Of a stretch of DNA of 64,000 nucleotides, positions 1 through 15,000 are shown in pieces. The translations under genes were made by a program, and so were the position numbers. Each line of letters starts with the position of its first letter. The stretch's first letter is position 1. Under the pieces are notes generated by a model. The model was not told the origin of the DNA. It saw nothing but the letters and a program-made list of their open reading frames with translations, and did not search any database. The stretch comes from Antedon mediterranea. Taxonomy: Eukaryota; Animalia; Echinodermata. Location: contig NC_092670.1 of the NCBI RefSeq assembly GCF_964355755.1, forward strand, positions 39,668,388-39,732,387, written 5' to 3'.

Positions 1-95
1 TTTATTGGCCTACTTACATTGCTGTATTTGAGTTATCGGACCATCAGAATGATTTTTACTTAAATTGTATATCTTTCCAAAACTGTACTACATAC

Positions 96-3000
96 CTGTG
101 ACATATATGTTAAATGAACACATTCCTTTATTTATTGATAAGTCAGTTGCATTTATAGTTATCATTGTTGCGCCTATACTAAATTCAGTAGCAGCATTGC
201 TGGTCTGTGATTCACTGATACTAAGATCCATAGTAGAATCAACGTTATCCGTGAACGTTGGTGAAGTCCACGTCACACCAGTGGCAACATCGTCGCCGCT
301 ATCTGTAGTTACCATCTGATCATTTGGACAATCATCTGTCATTGGAATCTCATCATCTGTTGAGTTAAAAAATACATTTTAATATTGGTAATGGGACTAT
401 CTAATAATATTTTGAGAACGATAGCATTTTTGTTAATATATGTAGACAATTTTTCTTTTTTTTAGTTACCCTAACCTAGTTCAATTCTAATAAACTACTA
501 CATATACAATTGTAATTGGCAGTTCAATGTAACTTTAGGAAAGATTCGGATCTTCTCCAGGGAGAATGCATTAATTGTAATGTTGTTTTTTTGAGGGATT
601 TGATTGAGGACATCTTTTATGTTAAAAATCATTTATCAGAAGATATTAATAACAAAAAATTTAAACTATATAAACCTGAAATTGAATACCTGTTATAGTA
701 ATGACAAAAACACACGTATAATTCACGTTTCCAGCAGCATCCGATGCATTTATCTGCACGGTAGTGTCACCAAATTCAAAGGTATCGCCGGAGTTGTGAT
801 TGCGCATATACATTGGGGTTTCATTTGAATTATCCGTAGCCTCTGCACTCATCCATTCCATAGTTGTTGAGTTTATTCCTTGATCTGTTGTAGATGTGTT
901 GTCCGACGGACAAAAGGTAAACACTGGAGTTTGATCATCTAAACAACAATTATAAATGTTTTTGAAATGAATATATGTTTCCTTTTTGCAAAGGTGATAA
1001 ATACTGATGTCATGTGGCAATTACGGTAACGGCACAATCTTTCGTTTTGTGAAACAGAAAATATGAATGTAGCTTTACCTGTAACATTAACAAAGAACTG
1101 GCATGTTGTATTAACGTTTTCCCCCATGTCAGTTGCATTATATTTGACAAGAGTAGATCCAATTGGGAATGTGTCACCACCATCAAAGTTTGATAGAATC
1201 GTCGGAGGGTCACCAGAGTTATCGGTTGCTTCTACAGTTGTCCAGTTCACGACTGCTGATGAAAGATCTGGATCGGTTCTTATAATTATATCCGATGGAC
1301 ATTCCGTGAACACTGGCGGTTCAGTATCTACAATAAAAATGTATGTAAATATTGGTCTACAGTTTTTATGTATCTCCAGTGCCCTATTATGTGCTGTACT
1401 GAATAGTTCCTATTGAGCTATACTCAATGCTGAGAAGAACTATACTGTAGCAACAACCACACTGTGTTTTTATTATTGCTTCCACAGAGTAATTACTGCT
1501 GCAACCACAGACAGTGCTTCAGAAATACTAAACTACAGGTATATTATATTGTGAATACTACACCCAAATGGTATTACAGCAAATGATATACTGCTGTGAC
1601 CAAAGAAGTCTATGCAGCTATAACAGCAGTATTACAGCAGAAAAAGACAATTTCTGCCAAAAAAAAGTTAATTTCTCAAACAAAATGATTGTCTCACCTT
1701 TAATAGTAACTGAGAAATTGCAGGTAGTGTTAACATTGCCGGCAGGATCAGTAGCATTGAACATAACATCAGTTGTGCCAATTGGAAAGGTTGCTCCAGA
1801 TTTATGAGAACCATCTATCATAACAGTCAGCAGAGAATTATCAACAGCAGTTACATTTGGCCAGGTGACTATAGCAGTTGGGAGACCAGGATTGGTTTCA
1901 TTCGTAATGTCACTCGGGCAACTTGTAAACTCTGGAGGCTCCATGTCTGTAACAAAAATAATAATATAGCATTATTTCAAAGTTATTGTTTTCACTGTAA
2001 ATAGAAGATTTTTACAAAGATTCCATAGCATTGTGCAAAGTAGGTGGACATAGGCCTATATATGGCTGTTGAAATTTTTAGTAGATTTAATTTATTATTT
2101 GCTTCAACAATTTACAAATATTTTCTATTTTACCCATGATTGTAATGTTGAAGGAACAAGTTCCATTAACATTGCCGGCTGCATCTGTTGCATTGTATTC
2201 AACTGTAGTAACACCAATTGGAAATGCAAAACCACTGTCATAGTTTGATAAAATGGTTGGTTGCTCATTTGAGTTGTCTGTAGCTGTCACGCTATCCCAT
2301 GTTTCAACCGATGTTGAAGATCCGGGATCAGTCTCAGATGTAATGTCAACTGTACATGATGTAAATAACGGGGCTTCGTTATCTAATAATAATAATAATA
2401 ACATACGGTAAACAATATCTCATAAGGTACAAATATTAATCATGGTAAAAGTATGTTTGATTGGTATATTACCTGTTATATCAACTCTGAATGAGCAGGA
2501 ATCGTTAGTGTTGCCGTACATATCTGTAGCATTGTACATGACAAGAGTTGAGCCAATCGGAAAGCTTGTACCATTCTCGTAATTACTGTCTATTGTTGGT
2601 GCGACACCAGAATTGTCTATAGCTTCGACGGCACCCCATGTGATTACTGCGTCTGCAGAGCCTGGGTCAGTGGTATCTGTGATATCATCCGGACAGGCCG
2701 TGAAATCTGGTTTTTCATCATCTAATTTTCATTGATAAAACAAAAATGATTACATTATTTTAACATTTTGAACCGATGATAACTGGGAATGACATTTTGT
2801 TTAGACATAATGAGGTAGTAGGCCTATATGAGTGAGATTAACTACTTGTTCAGTTATTTGCTAATGGTAGAAATAAATTACTGTAGTTAATTATTACTGC
2901 AGTAAGTATTTTTATAAAAAAAACTTTAAACCTTTGACTGTTACAGAAAATGTACACGTTCCAGTATTTCCACTAGGATCTGTTGCTATGTATGTATTAG

Positions 3001-6000
3001 TAATAGTAGTAGTAAGGCCTGACGTCAAAGCAACTTGATCTCCAATGTCATAGTTTGAGACAATCGATATAGCACATTGGTTGTCCTCATCTACCGTTGG
3101 TTCAACCCATGATAGCGTTGCAAAGTTTTCATTGGGATCTGTTGGAACTGTTTGATCTGGTGGACAGTAAGTGAACGTCGGACTGTCCGAATCATCAACT
3201 GAAAACGACACAAGAAAAAAACCCCAATATTAAAAAAAAGTGGTACATTTTCACAAAATATTTGAAGCTCTGTCTACACTATCAAACTAGTTTGACAAAA
3301 AAGTGTGATGTGCCCAAATATAGTGGTGATATGCCCAAATATGGTAGTGCTATGACATATGTCCATATATGGGTACATCACTTTTTTTTGTCACATAAAG
3401 TTTGTAGACAGAGCGTTAGCATAAATGAATTATGTATAAATATGTGGTTAATAATCTATGCATGCAAAAAAGGAGGAAGCTTCACAATAGGAGTTTGACA
3501 ACATGGCACCACATCATACTTACATATTTCACATACAAAAGATAAGATATCAGCACAGCTTTGATCGTTCCAGTTCCACTGGTTTGCATACATTTCAATG
3601 CAATCTTCATCACCCAAGTTATTTGGTTCAGCATTACGAAAATCTGCAAATGTCCATTAATTTTATATAAAATTACGTTATAGTAGACGCTTAAATTAGC
3701 AGTGGTTGATACAATATACTTTAAAATAGTGGTGGGGGGGGGGGGGGGAGGGGAAAGAAGGGAACCCAGGGCCTAAAAATTGATTAGCATTGGTGGATAC
3801 CAAACTTTGAAATAGTGGTGGGGAAGGGGAGAAAAAAAATTTAAAAGTGAAGTGTTGACTAAATGTTGGATTTTTACAAATTTAGATTTTGAAGTTATTC
3901 CAATTGTGCTGCAGTCTATTCATAACCTACATTAACCAAGTTGTTCGAATATATTTGTTTACTTTAACACTGTATAATATTGTAAATGTCTTACTTGTAT
4001 AATTGGTGCATTCCCCAGTTTCTACCCAAACAAATAGGCCTTCTTCATCTATATCTCTAAAACCAATCCATGCTTTTGCGGAAATAAGTGAACCAACAAA
4101 ATCATTTTCCGCTTGACTGCTTATCACAACAAGATCAGCTCCAACATTTTGGCAGGCAGATCTAGCTGTTTGCCAATTAGCGTTATCATCGCTAAAGTAT
4201 CTGTAACAGCTTCCATTGTATGCTGTCCAATCAGGTGGGCAAGCTAAATATAAAAAGAATAGATTAGTATGAAATATGAATTCAATAATAATAATACTGT
4301 ATTTATTAGGTCATCAATGAATAATATCCATAAGGGGAAATGGGCTAAAGCCCAAATGAATTCTGCACTCACTTCATACAATTAAATAAACCATGTTATT
4401 ATACCTCCATGAAACCCTCATATCAAGGAGATTAAACAATTGTATTACAAATAAAACTATACATAAATAAATTGTTTTGTTAGAGCAGCCTAAAAATTGA
4501 AATTGTTGGTGAACTCTTTATGTATGTAAAGGCCAACTCAGACAGCGTCGTACAACGAGGCCCGACGAAACGTTTTGACTTGTAGGTGTTGTCTGTTGAG
4601 TTGTCTTATGCGATAGCTTCGGGCATAAGTTTTTAGGTCGTCGCAAGAACTTTAAATATGTCGCTCATCAGGCCTTGATGCTGTCTGAGGTGGCATATCA
4701 ACAATAAGTACTATTGCATGAATGACAAACCTCTATATGAAATAATTATAAGTCCTGTGGGTTCGGATATAGATCCTTCAAACACATTTGCCGTGACTGG
4801 CGTGGTTGTGTTGGCCCCTTCAACTGCTTCAACTCTCACTACTTCGTGTTCATCCCAATCCGTATAATAAACGAATCCTTGGTGATAAAATACATCGAAC
4901 GGCCTTCCTTGAGCGATTTCATGAACTAGTTGATTCAAATTCCCCCAGTAATCCATTCTTCGTATCATAGACCCAAGCCCAGTAGAAGTGGATATAGCAA
5001 CATACAACCAACCGCCTTTAAAAACAACATTACATGTTATAACACACCCGGATTGTATTTTTGCAATTTGATTGGTCAAAAATACACATCACGTCATTTG
5101 GAATTAGCCTTACCAATGAAAAAATGATATCTGATGGTGATAAATAACAGGCTCTTATGCACGTTCAACTTTCTGTAAACATGTTGTGCGCGCCGTCTAT
5201 AACTGTCAAAAGCCCAATGATCTAAAGATTTTATTTAAAGGAGTTCAATGAATTTGAACATATACCTTCGACATCCAATGACAGACCATTAAACCACCCA
5301 TCTACATCCATTGCTATAGTAGTCCTATCTTGGCCCTCATAAGAACTTCGTTCAATTTTACTAGTCTGCCAGTCACTCCAAAATAATGTTCTAAAAAAGC
5401 ATGTACAATATGTGTTTTAATTTTTTTTCTACAGTCAACCTTCCCGTTGCTTGTATTAAAATGTGTATATTTCTATTTTCGTTACCGCTCATCTGTGTAA
5501 ATTGGCCTTAATACAAACCTGTTTGAAATAAGTGCCACAATTCCTCTTGGCTTTTGTAGACCGGTATTGATTATAATTTTGCGATCACTTCCATCAATTT
5601 GTACAGACTCAATTGTATCGTTTATTGAGTCAGTCCAAAAGATGGTTCTAGTTAAATGATCAACCGCGACTGCCTCTGGATCTGAAACAGAACACATTTC
5701 ATTTTATTTTATTTAACTTTACTAATAACTTAAATAAAGTGGAGGAGCCTAAATGAAAGCATAGCTTGCGTGTATATATCATATATGCACTCGCTCTGCT
5801 AACTTTTCTGGCTGTTTTACTTATCGTTTTGATTTAGCTTTTCGCTTTTTTTTTGTATCTCTATTGAGATCCAGTTACTGATACCCACAGCATTGTCATT
5901 TTTCAGTAATTTGCCTTTGGATTTATCATATATATGCAATACAGTGCAACATCAGAAAATCTTTTTTGATACAACGCAAATACAAAAATATATTTATAAA

Positions 6001-9000
6001 ATAAATTATAAACTGTTATCAAAATATTCAATAAGAAAAAATATAGTAGCCAATTAATGGTCTAGATTTTAATGTAGTATTAAGGAAGAAACCACCTCTT
6101 TTGAGATATTCAGGTGACATCCACTATGAAGAGGACACGCTCCTGTGAAGTGAACCAGTGAATGTTGCCCCTATTAAGTGAACAATTTGCTGGGTTCAGA
6201 CAGTGTCCCTTTAATAGGGGTTTTACTAGACTAAAGAACACATAACACATGTTATTTCTTTTAAACTTTCCTAATACTACATTAAATAAATAAACGACAA
6301 CGATTTGATGCAACTGCACCACCTCTGAAAATAAATTAAAATAACTTACATGTTATATTTTCATTGACAACAATAGTAAAACTGCTTCCGCTGAGCGGCG
6401 TCTTTAGTATCAGCCCGTTCTCAACGTCTGTTATATAAATTTCTTGTAACACTGGATCATAGTCGATTCCAGTAAATGCGTATGTACTGTTATAATAATA
6501 AATTTGTAAATCAGTTTCATTACTATTTAATCTCCCGCCATAAATTGCTCCGGGTACACCATCTAAAACCATGAGTATGTCATTAGTCTCACCATCTGAA
6601 ACTAGATAAAAAAAACCAATTTAGGCTTTGAATTATTCACTGCAGTTCCAGGTTACAATGTTGAGTGATTAAAGTTTCATTGTTGATGTTTCATAAAACT
6701 TGAGTCAGTCTCAGTATCATGATTGTCAACCACTTTCACATCTGCAGATTATATTACATTATAATAAGTTGTAAAAGTTGTGCATGTTAAGAAAATTTGT
6801 TAAAATTCTCTAGATTTCCTGGCCAGAGGCATGATTTTTGATCTGAGATTGATACTGTGCAACTTTCACTGGGATTTAACTGACCAATCACTACATTAGA
6901 CTGAAAAGTGCTTCCAAATATTATGACAATACTATGTTTGAAAACATGGAATCAAAATATGTTACAATGTTTAATAATTTATGCAGTGTGAAAATGGTTC
7001 AAATAATGTAAACCATTGAGGTATACATCTTGCATGTTGTAACTTACTGAGTGACGTAACTTAACTTACTGAGTGATGTAACTTAACTTAGTAATGTAAC
7101 TTAACTTACTGATTGATGTAACTTAAAGCCCCATTCCCTACGTTTTTTAGATCTAATTTAAGATCACAAACTATATTTAATGTAAAAATAATACTATATG
7201 GTCCTATTGCGATAACTTTTTTCGTCTTTAAACGGTTAAAAATGTGAAAAATAAGTCGATTTTAATAATTATAGCGGCCCGCTATAAATCCCAAAATGCA
7301 TTGCGCGCGGATTGATATTTTTGTTTTTCACCTGTAATTCGCCCACTTTTCGATCGATCGTGAGGCCAAAACAAATGGAAGACTCCTAACTTTTCAGCGA
7401 AAATATCGGGTTTTCCCCAATTTTTATCAACGGAGTCTGGCAAAAATAGAAAGACAATTAATGCAGCAACTATACAACGTCAGGCTAGGTATATAGCTAG
7501 CGTACGATGTTCGTACGTTACCGATGTTTACCAGCTAGGCCTAAAAAACTAAGCCTAGCCAGGCTAGGCCTAAGACCGTCCACGAGAGGTCGATCGCCGC
7601 GAGCTACTTAGGTAGTGCATTGTTTCTCACTTTTTATCATAATTTACCATAAAACGTACATTTAAGACAAGGAATGACATGGTTTAATGTTTTTAAAGTG
7701 ATATATATGTATTATTTTCCAAAAAACGTCCAAAATTGCAGGGAAGGGGTCTTTAACTTACTGAGTGATGTAACTTAACTTACTGAGTGAAATGACTTAA
7801 CTTACTGAGTGATGTAACTTGACTTACTGATTGATGTTAAGTTCCATGGTTGTAATCCTAAACACATTGATTCATCAGAACCGTCTGAACAATCAATATA
7901 TTGAGAATCACACTCAAAACTTCCTGGAAGACACAACATTGAACCGGAAGTACACTGGAACTCATCTGCATTGCATGTGGCTGCAAAATGATAACAAAAT
8001 CAGTTAAATGGAATAATAATGTAGTTGGATATTGGAATTTGATTTATATACTTTTTACCTAAGAAAAATACCACAAATTTACATACACGAGAGTCAAATT
8101 GTGTGACTTTCCTATCTTATAAATATAAAAAAGTACTATGTAGCTATATATATTTTATAATCAACAAACGCACTTTTAAACCTGGAGCTCACCTTTAACT
8201 TTTTTTAACCCACCTGGGAGCACCTGGCTATACCTTCTTGCTTGACACAAGGTCAACATCTTGACATGCATGGGTGGGTAGGTAGCTGAAGGAGGTGATC
8301 GCCTGTAGACTCTATAGTACTACTTTCTACACCTTTTTACAATGTTTTTAAAGTATCAAACTGAACTTACTACAATTGACTTCATCAGATGAATCGCTAC
8401 AGTCACCTGCGCCGTCACATCTTCTTCTATAATCCGAAATACATTCACCATCCTGGCAGGTGAAACCATTAGTACAGGATTGGCATTCTATTAAAAAAAC
8501 AAATAATACATGTGTGTTATGTGCATTGCGAATTGTTATAGTAACGTTTCCACCCGCATCCAGCTCTCTTGATCAATTCGAATCCGCTCTCTCCCACTAA
8601 AATGCAATTTCTTCCAATATTTCAAATAAAAAATAAACAAACAAACATTTCCGACACTGATGTAGGGCTATAATGTTGACTACTACTATACTACTAACTC
8701 TAGATTTAGAAAAGAGAATGACATAGATGATAAGAGCGCCCTCTACATTGATGTATTATAATAGCGCCCTATATAGTTCATAAAACTTTCTTTTTCTGAG
8801 TTAAGTTGTGAGGCCGCGACAACGGTACAAGCGGCTAGCTTGTTATACACAATTTTTAAAACTTCTCTTTTAAAAAATCCTCATTCGGTGTTTGACATTT
8901 TATATAAAAAAAACCAGACAGAAACGTTGTGAAGCTTGGTCTTCACTACATTTTAGACACTTTTAGTGAGGCCGAAATTATTTTCTGTGCCTTCTTGTGG

Positions 9001-12000
9001 TTTTTCGTAAGTAAAATTGTTATGATTTACGCAATTGAATAAATCAATAAGAAGCAAAGAAATCTCAGTGATTCAGCAAATGTACAAACTTTTTATATAA
9101 AAGTATTGACGACTTAGACAGCGAGTGCAATCATCCGATAAGTAAAGAAAAAGTGAATACAAAATTATAAGATCAAAGAGCCGATATTTACGCTTGTGGG
9201 CAAAATATTTTGATTTGACCTTTTTACTTGGTATTTTAAAAAATGTAAAAATACTTTAGGCTGGTAAATGTAAATAGTGTATGGCATAACAAGAACGTCA
9301 TGCTAAGTATAAAAACAACTTTTCCACCAAAGTTTGTTTTTGCATTTTTTTCGCTTCAAAAACATAAACAGTTTATTCGGTAAGTGATACAGAACTTACG
9401 TAACGGCTGATCAAGCTTGCGCAAACTAATGCTTAAATATGGGCGCTACTGTCCCATGAACTTTCTTTTAGTCCATGATTATTACATGACAAGTTATCTG
9501 AAAAATCACGACACGATGCAACGACCAAACTGTCACCTGATTGGTAAACTTGCTTTGCGCCTGGTATACAGTTATATACATGACCTTATTTGGTCGGATA
9601 TTGTGTTTTTTTTTTAATTTGTTAATTTATTTATTTATTATGTATTTATTTGTTTTGCTTTCAACAGGAACTTCTGTCACTGTCACGTTTTTTAGGCCTG
9701 CCATAGGCTAGCTATTAATTATTTCGTTTTGACGTAGTAGTTAGAAAGGCAGTATAATACAATTTCTCGAAATATAATAATAATATAAAAATATATAAAA
9801 CAAGGTTTTCTTTCTTTAAAAACTGCTGAGTCGTTCTTCAATTATTTAACTTAATTCCTCGGCTGTAAGTTTGCACAATAAGGATTATTTGTTTTATTTC
9901 AGACGTTTCAGACGTATTGTTACGAATCTTGTATCGGAATAGGCCCTATGTATCACAAAAAAATATATAATCAAACTTTTTTTTTAAATGACAGCTATAA
10001 ATTCAATTGACTAAGTAGTTTCTGGTTAACAACAATTGCATTCATATCATATCATATCATATCATAGTAACATTTATTTCCTTCATAATATACAAAATAA
10101 ATAATATAATACAAAATTCATGACGAGAAGAAAGATAGTTAAAACAATACAATTTTTTTTTTCTCATCTTTAACATGAATAAAACAATATTATGAAGGAG
10201 GCACAATTTCTAAAAAGCAAAAGCTTGTGTTGAAAGTGCCTGAACAAAACAAAAAGTAACTAAAATCAAATTAGTAAATAATAGTAAATGGTATATAGGA
10301 ATAAAGTAATTACCATAACGGAATATGAAAACAATAAAAAACTGATACCTAGAATATAACTAGTTAATTAATTTACTTTTGTATTAGATATTGTTTAGTG
10401 TTAAAGACGAAGCTATGTTTGTTTGCAGAAGTTGTAATTTTGTTAGGAAGTGAGTTCCATATCTTGGGTCCAGTAAATCTAATATTATGTTGAAAAGAAG
10501 TCTTTTTGTGTTTAGGAATATGAAGGTTATTGAGGATTCTTGTGGAATAGCCGTGAAATTCATAATTGGGAGAAAACATATCGCGTAAATGAGATGGAAG
10601 AAGAGCATTTTGGCTTTTGTAAATAAATAAACATTGTTGGAAAATATTAATATCTGTTAATTTTAATAATTTGAGAGAACGAAATAAAGGATCTGTACTA
10701 GTTCTAGGTGAAACATTCGAAATTATTCGAATGATTTTCTTTTGTAGTATTTGAAGTTTATTTAAATTAGATGGGAATGTGTTACACCAAACGATATTGC
10801 AATATAAAAGATATTGCAAAACAAGGGAGCAGTAGAGTGTTCGGAGAATATGATGTGGAAGAACAGATGCCAGTCTACAAATTATACCAATATTTTTTGA
10901 GATTTTGTTTTCTGTCTCAATAACATGGGGTTTCCATGTCAGACGACTATCAATGGATACACCCAAAAATTTTGCATGATTGACCATGGGGAGAACAGAA
11001 CCATTTAGTTTAATTTGCAATGGACCTAATTTAATCGGCATCGTACTACTTCTAAACAAAACATAGCTGCACTTTTTTAGATTTACAGAAAGGCTGTTTG
11101 CCAGAAACCATTCGGATACATTAATTAAACTTGTATTTACAGTGTTAAATAATGACTCTAAGTGTCGATTTTTACAGATTAGTGTTGTGTCATCTGCATA
11201 TAAAAAGTAAGATAAAGATACTGACGAATTGTAAATACCATTCACATATAAAAGAAACAGAAGAGGACCTAGTAATGAACCTTGTGGTACTCCACAGGTA
11301 ATAGGCAAATAGTCAGATTGGGAATCACAAAACTTTGGTACATTGGTAGCGGTTGGATAAATAGCTCTTAAATAAATTGAGAGGAACACCGCGAATACCA
11401 TAGTGATACAGTTTTGAAAGAAGAATGGGATGGTTAATGGTATCGAATGCTTTCGATAGATCGACAAAAACACCAATTGCAAACTCATCATTTTCAAATG
11501 CATCTATTATTTCATTGGACAAATCAATTAAGGCCATTGCGGTATCAAAATGTTTGCGAAATCCAAATTGCTTATTGAATAGAATATTATTTTTTTCCAT
11601 AAAGGCATAGGTTCTATTATAGATAATTCTTTCTAATATTTTAGAAAATAGCGAAAGGACTGAGATCGGTCGGTAATTAGATAAAGTGTCCTTTTTTCCT
11701 GCTTTAAAGATGGGAGTAACTCTTGCCAATTTCAATTTATTTGGAAAAACTCCTTTTGTTAAAGACAGATTAAATATGTGACATAGAGGTTTAACCAAAA
11801 GGGAAATTGATTGTTTAATAACTTTTGGACTGAATTCATCAAGTCCTTGCGCTTTATTAGTTTTAAAACACTTGACAATATCAATAATTTCTGTATCAGA
11901 CACTGGACACATAAATAAAGAGTTTAAAGTAGGTAAGGGCAAATACGTTTTAAAATCATATTGATCGGTTGGCAATTTTTTTGAAAGAGTTGGTCCAATT

Positions 12001-15000
12001 TCGACAAAAAACTTATTGAATTCGTTTGCGATTTGAGACGGGTCTTCAATGGATTCACCATTATTGCCTGTTAGAACAACTTTCGTATTCAAATTCGGAG
12101 ACCTTTTAATCAAGGAGTTAATTACGCGCCAAGTACCTTTAATATCATGTTGACATTGAGTAAATCTGTTTTGATAGTATTCGGTTTTAACACGTTTAAT
12201 AAGTGAATTTAAGGTATTACGGAATTTAGTGTATTTTATTTTATTATGATTGGTAGGATTATTTAGGTATTTAGCATATAACTTGTGTTTATATTTAGTA
12301 GATTGCAACAGACCATTTGACATCCAAGGTTTTAATTTTGTGTTTTTTTTTTACTTTGCGTAGTCATTGGAAAATGTTTATTATATAAAAGTTTTAATTT
12401 AGTTTCAAAAGTATTATAAGCTTGATTAGGTTCTTGCAATAAGTTCACATCGTTCCATGTTATTACGCTAAGCTCTCGTTTAAATTGTTCGATGTTATTT
12501 TCATTAATTTTCCTAAAAGGTTTATTTGGAGGTCTACTGACTGCTTGAGTATTTTTGTATGTTAAGGTAGATATAGAAAAAACAGGTAGGTGATCGGAAA
12601 TAGCCTAAAGTTAACGACGACTGTCGGAATCAAATGAGTAAGATCATTTATAAATTCTATAGAATTCTATAGAGTTCTATAGAAAATGGTATAGAGCTCT
12701 GTGGTATTCTAGAAGTACAACATTTCTATGAAAACCTATTTCAAATTCTATAGAATTTATTTCATCATCATAATAAACATGTATTTCTAAATAAAAGTGG
12801 CGTCACCAAGAAAGCAAACTCTTCTGTCAGGGACGCCTAACAAAACAGACAAATATATATATATATATATAAATATCACAGAAATGAAAATAACAATAAA
12901 AACGAATCCTAAAACGTCAAGCGGTACTGTACCTTTCAATTGTAGTATAAATCATATTAATACATATTGGTAAAGGTAATATATTAACAAAAACATGGTC
13001 ACTAAGTATTGTTTGATAATAAATAATTTAGTGTCTAGGCTATAGAATGTTTCTTCTTTTCTATAGAATCTATAATTCTGGTAGAACGAGTCTTCTCGGA
13101 TAAGGACTATAAACCGTAGGTGTCCATGTGTACACATCTGGCTCATGTGCACTTTAAAGAACCTAGTACATCTTTCGAGACCAGGGGGGTTACCCCGGTG
13201 TACTAGTACACGCACAGCCACTGGTCATAACTGGGCCCTCTTAGAGAACAGTCTTTGATGGAAGAGGTCACCCAGTATAAATAAATAATAACACATTTTG
13301 TAGAATTCTATTTATTATTATTGATAAATTTAGATATGTGATTAATACAATGCGTGACGATTATAACAGGGAAGTTCACCTATATTTTCAAAGTCAGTCT
13401 AAAAAGATGTTTGTCCCCCAAAAACATGAAAAATGAAGATTAATAAAATTAAAATAAGGTTATTCTGTAGTTTTAATAAAGTTAGGCCTAATCCCTTTCG
13501 TAGAAAAAAAAATGGGAAAAAATTAAATTGAACCAAAACCATTGGTTGGCAGCCAATTTGACAATTTTTTCTGTTTTTTAATACATCTTTAAATGTTTAC
13601 AAAATCACGGGAAAAAATTCGCAAGCAGGTCAAGAATTTTTGACTGCCGCGAAATATATTAATTCTCGAAAAGAAAAACCATTCTGCTGTGTGTTTAAAA
13701 AATCCCACAATGATCCGAGGATGCAGGACTCACCAAGATGGTAATACTTCTATACCGTTGAAAAAAAGATACGTATTCGCGTGCACGTACCATATGGTCA
13801 GCATTTAATATTGTATGGTTCCATATTGACATAACCATAAGGAAACTTTTTAACAAAAGTGTTGTTACAGTGTTTACGATATCACAGAGTAATAATATAA
13901 TAAATGTAATAACAATTTTAATATAGGACTTATCGATCAGGAGCAAATTCAATGATGATGACGTTGGTAGGTTGCTTAATAAAGTGACATAACTTCAATG
14001 AGTTGCATTGGGACCGATACAAAGTAGTTTACTCCACGCGAGTTGGAGGATTACGAAATGCTCCCTATTCTGATGACCGCCAGGAACGCATACAATTTAT
14101 TACATAGTTTTCAATCAATTAAAGGATTCTTTAAAATGGATTACGATGTAAAAGGGAGATTTGGTTAAAGGTTAAGAATAAGTCACCAGTGCTGATTTTC
14201 TATAGCTATGTTAATCACAATACTAAAAATAAAAAAACAAGGTACGACTTTAAGTCCGACTATTATGGTCCAAATAGGTATTATAGCACACCCAAAATTC
14301 GGTGAATAAAAAGTTTAAAACGTTTTGAATCGAAAGTATGTATTTTCAAAAACAATTGTGTTGTGCTTTAGTTTTGTTAGTTTTATGAAATCTAACGTGC
14401 CTTACCGTAATATGATACAAGTGGTATATAGACATAAAAAAATGTAGAATTTTACTTCCGTCGAGAGTCACGTGCTTCCCCGGCTCTCAGTGTATTCATT
14501 CTTTACACATATCAATAAACATACATGTTTTGCTTGATGATTTCGTCTTTGTATTTTTTAACCGGAATGACAGAAAAAATTTAATCCCGGATGCATAGGA
14601 TCCGGAATTTAGAAAAATGAATATAGTCAAAATACACAATTAACACCCTTTTTCCTTGAATTGAAAACCACTAAATCTCCTCCTTCTAATCTTTGGAAAA
14701 AGTGAAAAGGCCTAAAAGATATCTACATGTGTATCTTCATAAATGAAATCAATTGATATAGGCTACACCTAATTTGAATATACAACAACGTGATTCACTA
14801 CGTATCATTATCAAGTTGGTCTAACAATAGTTGCCACTTAAACTTACTTAAGTTAAAGTTCATTTTTAAAACACAAATCAGTGTAACAATAGGCCCTACA
14901 TTGTTGTTTTTTCTATGCAATGAAATCAAACATACTCCAGCTTATAAAAGAATGTTTGTTGCAAAGCAAAGGGACACTCAAGTGGGTACACAATGCAAAA

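Noticed and set aside
65-2004. Plus-strand ORFs over HYR exons, and similar ones at 27511-28566 and 52271-52514
   Set aside because: Antisense shadows of real minus-strand exons.
3732-3760. Poly-G run as a G-quadruplex element
   Set aside because: Simple homopolymer in an intron, with no further support.
8730-8775. CTCF-like AGCGCCCTCT motifs (also ~61910)
   Set aside because: Only partial matches; cannot be distinguished from chance without data.
13733-13800. Possible exon of the mosaic gene (ATG..TTG|GTGAGT)
   Set aside because: Phase 0 is incompatible with the phase-1 LDLa exon and it is not a signal peptide; 15174-15234 fits better.
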